Origin: Podarcis filfolensis
Taxonomy: Eukaryota
Assembly: GCA_964270895.1 (NCBI GenBank)
Contig: OZ185442.1
Length of the DNA: 64,000 bases
Direction: 5' to 3' (one strand)
Position 1 is the stretch's first letter, and the number at the start of each line of letters is the position of its first letter. The translations under genes and the position numbers were made by a program. The notes beneath the pieces are model-generated. The model ran no database searches and had not been told where the DNA came from. It was given only the letters and a program-made list of their open reading frames with translations. This document shows, in pieces, positions 56,795 through 64,000 of this stretch.

Positions 56795-57020
56795 CAGTGG
56801 TACCTCAGGTTAAGTACTTAATTCATTCCGGAGGTCCGTTCTTAACCTGAAACTGTTCTTAACCTGAAGCACCACTTTAGCTAATGGGGCCTCCTGCTGC
56901 CGTCGCACCTCTGGAGCACGATTTTTGTTCTCATCCTGAAGCAAAGTTCTTAACCCGAGGTACTACTTCCAGGTTAGTGGAGTCTGTAACCTGAAGCGTC
57001 TGTAACCCAAGGTACCACTG
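56795..57020. mobile_element. Tigger-like MITE
   Basis: cagtggtacc...ggtaccactg with TA flanks. Confidence 0.85.
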
Positions 57021-57489
57021 TATGTGCATACCACTCACACAGCCCTAAATCTGCCCCTGCTTGCAAGCAGGGCATGATCACAGCAGTTGTCTGCTGTTTT
57101 ATGCCCTGTTTCTGCTGAAACTATAAAACGGGGGGGGGGGGCTTTTTATGCCTAAGGGCCACATTCCCTTATAAGGAACCTTTTGGGAATGGGGGCACAA
57201 GCCGGTGGTGGGTAAGGCCAGAGGCAAAAGTGGAGCGAGGCGTCTTCACAGTTCAAGGACACGCTTCAGTCTGGCAAGGAAAGGATGCAGCAGGGGTGTG
57301 GCCTGGGAAGAGGCATGGCCTAGGGAGATTCCCAAGGGCTGGCTAAAGACCTCGGGACTCACATCTGGTCCATCCCCATGACAAGGTAGCCAAATTCTCC
57401 AGAGCTGTTTAAGGCAGGGATGTGGAGCCTTTGGCCCTCCAGGTGTTGGACTCCAACTCTTACCAATGTGCCCAATCACTAGGGTTGAT

Positions 57490-57920
57490 TAGAGATGGGT
57501 AAGAAATTCCATTCAGTTTGTATTTAGAGGCAAACTGACTGAATTTGAATTTTATGAAACAACACACAAACAAAGCACAGCCCTCCTTCACAATTCACAC
57601 TTTCCTGAATTTTGCTATGCCAAGTAGTGTGTTAAAAAATGCAGGCACTAAGGTAAAGTGTGCATATAAATGCACATATTAGTGGAAATAGCATACAAAA
57701 ATGCATTCAATGTGGGGAAATTGCTTTGCAGAAATGTGCATGTTAGAAAAAATTGTATGCAACAACGTGTATATTAAGGGAAATTTGTACTAAAGCGCTT
57801 CCGAATTTTCATGAGGGCTTGTTTTTGTTTTTAATTGCAAACTGTTGTGAAAATGTGGAGAGCCGAATTTAAGATTGGGAAAAAATGAGAAACTGAAATT
57901 GACCCATTTGCCTATCCCTA
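57490..57920 (+). mobile_element. Copy of the TAGGGATGG-terminus element with both ends
   Basis: tagagatgggtaagaaatt ... aaattgacccatttgcctatcccta. Confidence 0.6.
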
Positions 57921-58957
57921 GGGATGATGGGAGTCTGACAACAGGTGATCCACCCCCTGATATTTTAAGACTCCTTGTGTGTAGAATTGGAAAGGGAGTG
58001 TTAATGGAGCTGGAAAACAACAGTCCTAACAAAGGTAGGAAGTTTGCCTTTCGTCAGGCAGATTGGCTGATGGTGCTCAACAGCTGGACTTTTGAAAGAC
58101 TAGGAAATACCTGAAAGGTTTGCACCTCTTCCCCAACCCAGTCTAAGTTTGATGTGGTCTAGATGTCTTCATGAAAAAGGCAAACTTCCCTTTGAGATAG
58201 AGAAAGACACAGAGAGCTGAGCTTGAGCTCTGCAAGCATCATAGGGTGCCAGTGACTGTCTCTCTATGGACTTTGGCTGTCTCCTGGAGTGTTCAACCTG
58301 TGCTTCCATGATAGTCAACCCATATATTTGTAAATAAGTGAAAACATTATGACAAGCCTCCATCCAAAGGGGTTTGAGCATGGGCCAAGGTTGCACTCCA
58401 GGAGCTTCTCATCAGTTAGAGAAGTGGGATGAGCATAACAAGATGATGCCCTTGTTAAAGGCGTAGGAGCCTCTGTCAGGAACAAACAATCAGTGATGGG
58501 GAGAATATTTCAAAAGCATGTCAAGTGATCCACATGGGCAAGGCCTCTCAGTCTGCACTGCAACTAAGATCTAGCTATCTCCTGCATGTTCCAAGCACTT
58601 CCAGATTCTGAAGAGACATCACATACATGATCTAATTTTAATCCTTACAACAGTCCTGCAAAGGTGAGTCCACATCTTGTCCCCATATTGCAAATGGAGG
58701 AGCTGAGGCTGAGGCCCAAGATCAGTTTGTGGCGGAGATGAGAGCGAAACCATGGAATTCCTCATTTGCACCTTGGCGTCTTACCCAATGCACTTCATAG
58801 TTCCCAACAGGGAAAGATCTTCTTACGTTTTTAACTTGAACATCTCCAGCTGTCAGGGACCTTATTGCAGTCTCCAGTTGCAGTCAGAACATCCTTACCT
58901 TGGTGGATCAGACTTTGACACTTTTTAAAACTAGTTCTGCTTCTGTGCAGACTGACA

Positions 58958-59360
58958 CAGTGCCGGATTTACGCATAAACTAAACAAGCTATAGCTTAGG
59001 GCCCCACTTTCTTGGGGCCCCCCAAAAAAATTAAAGGAAAAAAAACCTGGATGTCCATTTCCAAAATATAAGATAAAAAACAAATAAAATAAAACCTACA
59101 TACAGCAACAGTGTTTTGTGTTGTGTATGCTCCTATGACGTAAGTAATGGGCCCCACCTGATAGCCTGCTCCCTAAAATATCACTGGTTTGCTCATTTCT
59201 ATATATAGGGTGCCTACATTCTGCATGGACTGGTTGCATCTAGGTCCATAAATTACCATATAGCATACATTCAACACAAAAAACAGTGACAATTTGTTGT
59301 TGACAAAGGACACCTGGACCTTCAGTAGCTTAGGGCCTCATCAAACCTAAATCTGGCCCA
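58958..59360. mobile_element. hAT-type non-autonomous element (same family as 34409-35056)
   Basis: cagtgccggatttacg start; collinear body; degenerate right end. Confidence 0.8.
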
Positions 59361-60827
59361 TCTAAAACAGGGATGGGGACACTTTTGGAGGCTGCATGCC
59401 AATAGTGGGTGGGACCAGAGGCAAGAGAGGGTGGAGCAAGGAACATAAATTTTACCTTTGCGCAGGAGGCTAGTTTCTACGCCCGCTCACACACCCTTCT
59501 CTGTCCGCCATCCAGGCAAGCAAAAGTAATTTGGACACAATCCAACCAAGCAAACACACTCAAGAATGTGAAGCAAGGCTGGTGAGGGGGTGTGGCCTGG
59601 GAAGGTAGGGTATTAATTTACAAGGCCCTGAACAACTTAGGTCCCGAGTACTGCTTTATATGCCAGCATAATCACTGAGATCGCCTTCAGGGGCATCACT
59701 GATGGTTCCCCAAGTTTGCGAGGCTTATCTGACAGCAGCAAGAAACTTTTGTGTCATTGGCACTGTCCTGTGGAATGTTGTGCCAACAGAGAATTCAGAA
59801 GGAGCCTTTGCTTTGAACCTGAAACGTTTTCTGCTCTGCCAAGTTTATGCAGTTGTTGGTGTTGCACTGTAAGCTCTGTGGAGAACTCCAGCTGATTTAG
59901 GGACAGTGCATTTTGTTAAGAGGACAACCTGTTGTGTTCCATCCGCACTAGTGGGAGTGACGACCAGGTTTGCATTGTTTTGGACTAATGCATGGATGTG
60001 AATGCAATTCTCCTTGTTGTTGCACTACTCCCAATGTTGCAATGCAGCTTTCAGCTCAAAAAAATTAATAATAATAAAAAGCACATTTTGTCAGAAAATA
60101 TGTTCTGAAACACATATTTAAATATATAGATGTTCCATAACAGTTGAGTAAACATAGAGTGGCACTGCTAGAGTGAACACCAAGTGTGGCAATAGTTGGC
60201 AGGATAATACTGATGAACAGCGGAGCTTATTGAATGGAAGATGCTAATGTTCTCTCAGAGCTTATGAAATGAGAATGGGACTGTTTCTTGGGGCTGCAGC
60301 CATGCATCCAACTGTATGCACATAAGAATTTGTGAATTAAATGGAAAGTATGAATGCAAAGCCAGGGTGGGTTTTTTCTTTAAATCAACATAATAAAGTG
60401 TATTAGTATACTGCATTTTCTTGGAAATCTCTTCTCTCTTAAAACAAGGTCATTCCACGGCCACATAGATTTCTCCAAACAGGGACACTGTGTCCTAAAC
60501 CCTGTCTTAATTTCTCCTCTTACAACCTTTCTCATTCACTCCATTATCTTATAACGCATACAAATACTGCCCCCCTAATACAACACAATGAGGAATGGGT
60601 GGTACAGCCAAACTAATGTTCATTTTCAGCAGAAAAAATAGCTTAGAGCCAGCCTTGGGTGGAGCTTGGCCAAACTTTGCCAAAGGTGGAGCATCCTTCA
60701 CCAGCAAAGGAAGGAAAAAATTGATGTGCAAGGGGGACAATTGATTGCCAGGGTTTTTTTCCTGAAGCTTTTCCCTCCCCTGATTTCAGGGTCTTTTGAC
60801 TGAAGCTTTTTCTTCCGTCGAGGTTCA

Positions 60828-63610
60828 TCACGAATTCTGATTGATCGTCTCCCGGATCCATGGCACGACACAGCACACTTTCGCATACACACCCGGGTTC
60901 CCTCTCTGTGCGCACACTTGTGTTCCCCAGGAAACCACACCTTCGAGTTGCCCGCCGCAGGTGAGTGGGCCCCCAGAGTCACCCTGCATGGAGAAATGGA
61001 AGAAGTTTTCAGCAGGTGCACGTCTCCATTCTGTGTCTTCCTCTACATGGTGCTACCTGAACTCAGTTAAATGGCCTGCTTTGTTTTGCATAACATAGCA
61101 AGCATACTTGGGTCTGTTATGTTCTCCAGGGGAGAGCCATTGCTCAGTGGCAGAGTGTAGTTTTGTGTGCTTGAGGTTTCACATTCAATCTGGTCAGAGT
61201 GGTTGGTGGGGCTGCTTACCTGGCTTCCCAGCGCCAAGGCCTATAACCAAGAGGGAGAGGGTAGGAAGGATAGTGCAGTGCAGGTGCAGGTGCAGTGCAG
61301 GTGTGACAGCGGAGACAATACAGTGCACCTCACTGACCTCCCTGCCATCTTGCCCCTCTCCTTCTTGGCTGCTAGCAGTGGCCTCCTGCTTTGGGGAAGT
61401 ACTAGAAGAAAAATAGTACTAGAAGAAGTTGTCCTCATCTGAATTTTGAATATGGTTCTCTGTGCAAAAATGTACAGTGGTACCTCTGGTTACGAACTTA
61501 ATTCATTCCAGAGGTCTGTTCTTAACCTGAAACCATTCTTAACCTGAGATACCACTTTAGCTAATGGGGCCTCCTGCTGCTGCCACGCAATTTCTGTTCT
61601 CATCCTGGGGCAAAGCTCTTAACCGGAGGTACTACTTCCAAGTTAGTGAAGTTTGTAACCTGAAGTGTCTGTAACCAGAGGTGTCTGTAACCTGAGGTAT
61701 CACTGTACCAAAATGTGCACTAAAATGCATATTTTAGGATAAAATGTGCACAAAATCTTCCAAAAGAAATAAGCTGCCTATACTGGCCCCTTAGTTTGTT
61801 TTGACCCTAGAGAAGAGGTTGAGCCTAGAGAAGAGGTCAGCAGCATACTGTCCTGTAGGTAACATCCACCCACCAAGGCCTTTTCTTTCTGAAAAGTTTT
61901 CCCCATTGACCCTTTTCTTTTGGAAAACCTACAAGTAAGTTGCGTGGCAAGGTGGGATTGAAGAGTGGGATTTGGTGGAGTGGGTGCACCTCTGGTGTCC
62001 ATCGGTTGCTGATCTCTGCCTTGGAGACCTAAACACAGATTTGCTATCAAATTGTGGGGGGGTTATTGGGTCGTTGTTTTTATTTGATGATATATTTTGT
62101 GGTTTTATATTAGGATTTTGTTCTGTGAGCTACCCTGAGACCTCTGGGTATAGGGTGTTATATAAATTCAATAAATGATAACAACAACAAAAACACAGTC
62201 GTACCTTGGTTTTTTAAACGCCTTTTGAGTCGAACGTTTTGGCTCCCGAACATTGCAAACCTGGAAGTGACTGTTCCGGTTTGCGAACTATTTTTGGAAG
62301 CTGAACATCCAGCAGGGCTTCTGTGCCTTCTGATTCGCTGCAGGACCTTCCTGCAGCGAATCAGAAGCTGCGCTTTGGTTTTTGAATATTTTGGAAGTCA
62401 AATGGACTTCCGGAATCAATTCCGTTCGACTTCCAAGGTATGACTGTAATAATAATAAATTCCATACATTAAAAATAAATAAATGCAGAGTGATGCAGAA
62501 ATGGGAGGGAACAGGCTAGTAAATGAAAATGTGTGAATCTGACAGGGACCAAAAACAGATTGATCTGTCCGTGCTTAAGACCCTAACCCTTTTTCAACCT
62601 CTCAAAAGGTGTAGTCTATCTTCACATCAGCCCTCCTCTCACCTGGCAAGAGTCTGTGCCTCCTTCCTGTACTCCAGCACACATCATGTATGGTGTAATA
62701 GCACCACGATACGCCATATTACACTGTGATGTGGGGACAACGTTGACATCTGCACACTGTAGCTGAGCTGGAAGCTGAGCTGGAAGAGATATGTAGAGCA
62801 CCGAAAGGTCAGTGGTAGTGGTGAAACAGAAAAAAAAAGTCCAAGCAGACAGAAAGGGATGCTAAAAAAAGACTTTGAAGAACACATTGCTGAAAACTTT
62901 AATACCAACGACAAGAAGTTCTTTAGATATGTTAGTATCCCTTCCCACCTTCTAAAGTTTGCAAGCTTACCTTGAGGAGATCTGATGGTACCCCAGCCTG
63001 AGACACTGCATACACTCCCGTCAGTAGGACTGCTCGTAGGTAGGTTGATAGTCCTTACAGTTTCGGAGAGTCTGGCACAGGGGCGAAGTCGGAGAAGCAT
63101 GAAATCCTTGTCATTTTGTCTCCGGTTGTACCCTGGGTACACTTTAACTTCAGCGATATCCAAGCACTGTTCTCCCTGTTCAACCCTCTTCAAGTTGTGC
63201 TTTCCTAAGCACACCTTCATTCTGTATGGGGGCACAAGGCAAATGCAAAACTGAACAAAAGAATAGATTGTGGATGAGCTGTGTGAATGCTGATCACAGA
63301 TCAATCTAGTTTATGCCTCTTTGTCTAATGTGCAGATTGCCAGGCTGCTAAAGTAAGGCTGTTGCTTGTCCCAGAGGAAGCATTATTTCCCCCTCCATGT
63401 CGCTGCATCTTGCTACAGCCTTCACTTACCCTGGTCTGGGTCTGCAGTGGGCTGCTGAGAGCACCCAACATGGATGCACTAAGCTTCCTCCACAATAAAT
63501 GTTCCAGTTGCCTCTGCGTCCGGTTACAATGGCCGCCTGGTAAGGTCTGGACTGTTGTGGACAAACATACCCTCCAATTATACGATCAGCTGTGCCTGGC
63601 TGGGCAAAAG
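60828..63610 (-). CDS. Gene C: kallikrein-related serine protease (KLK13/KLK14-like appearance), 5'-partial (signal-peptide exon lies beyond the window), 16 Cys
   Basis: Exons 63610-63430 (181 nt), 63221-62971 (251), 62779-62643 (137), 60983-60828 (156). GT-AG, phases 1,2,1,0. Translation: ..FAQPGTADR|[231 protein letters not shown]. Intact triad and Asp189. Confidence 0.93.
61475..61705. mobile_element. Tigger-like MITE in gene C intron 4
   Basis: cagtggtacc...ggtatcactg with TA flanks. Confidence 0.8.
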
Positions 63611-64000
63611 CTGCAACAAAACAAAGCAAAAACTTTGTGGTTATTTCCGTCGTGTTTTTTATACCAGTGGTTTGTTTCAGGAACTCGATTTCATGTAAGC
63701 TTAATGTGGGCAAGATTTTAAAAATTGTGAAATAATGAGAGATCCTGAGTTTGTAATCTTGCCTTAACACAGATTGGTGGACCACAGGATTTCTGCTAAA
63801 AGAAGGAACAGAAGAAGTTGCCTTGTACCAAGTAAGACCATTGGTCCATCAGTATTGTCTACACTGGTTGGCAGCATCTCTCCAGGATTTCAGGTGGGGA
63901 ACATTCCCAGCCCTACCTGGAGATGCTGGGGTTTGAACTTGGGACTTTTTACATAGAAAGAAGATGCTCCATCACTGACCTGTGACCCTTCCACATTCAA

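Noticed and set aside
63611-63785. Open frame upstream of gene C exon 2 as a possible N-terminus
   Set aside because: Not signal-peptide-like, and a canonical phase-1 acceptor sits at 63611-63612; the real exon 1 is most likely beyond 64000.

Overview
Vertebrate (squamate reptile) genomic DNA. The Sauria SINE copies indicate a squamate; a lacertid lizard is my inference only. There are two short N gaps. The window holds part of a tandem cluster of kallikrein-related (KLK/trypsin-family, S1A) serine protease genes, all on the minus strand, rebuilt by hand from GT-AG splice sites with the KLK/trypsin intron phases 1-2-1-0. Gene A (1616-9494, complete, 247 aa) has the standard 12 Cys. Gene B (17317-25643, complete, 261 aa) has 14 Cys and a Cys-terminated C-terminal tail. 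Gene C (60828-63610, exon 1 outside the window) has 16 Cys. All three keep His57/Asp102/Ser195 and Asp189 (chymotrypsin numbering) and have Arg at the activation site. The rest is intron or intergenic DNA packed with transposable elements: L1-like, CR1, L2 and BovB LINE fragments, Sauria and other tRNA SINEs, solo LTRs, and hAT and Tc1/mariner MITEs, several nested. The most unusual signal is the non-standard cysteine content of genes B and C. I found no prokaryotic-type systems, CRISPR arrays or rRNA/tRNA genes. Orthology to specific mammalian KLKs cannot be fixed without a phylogeny, so gene symbols are left empty.
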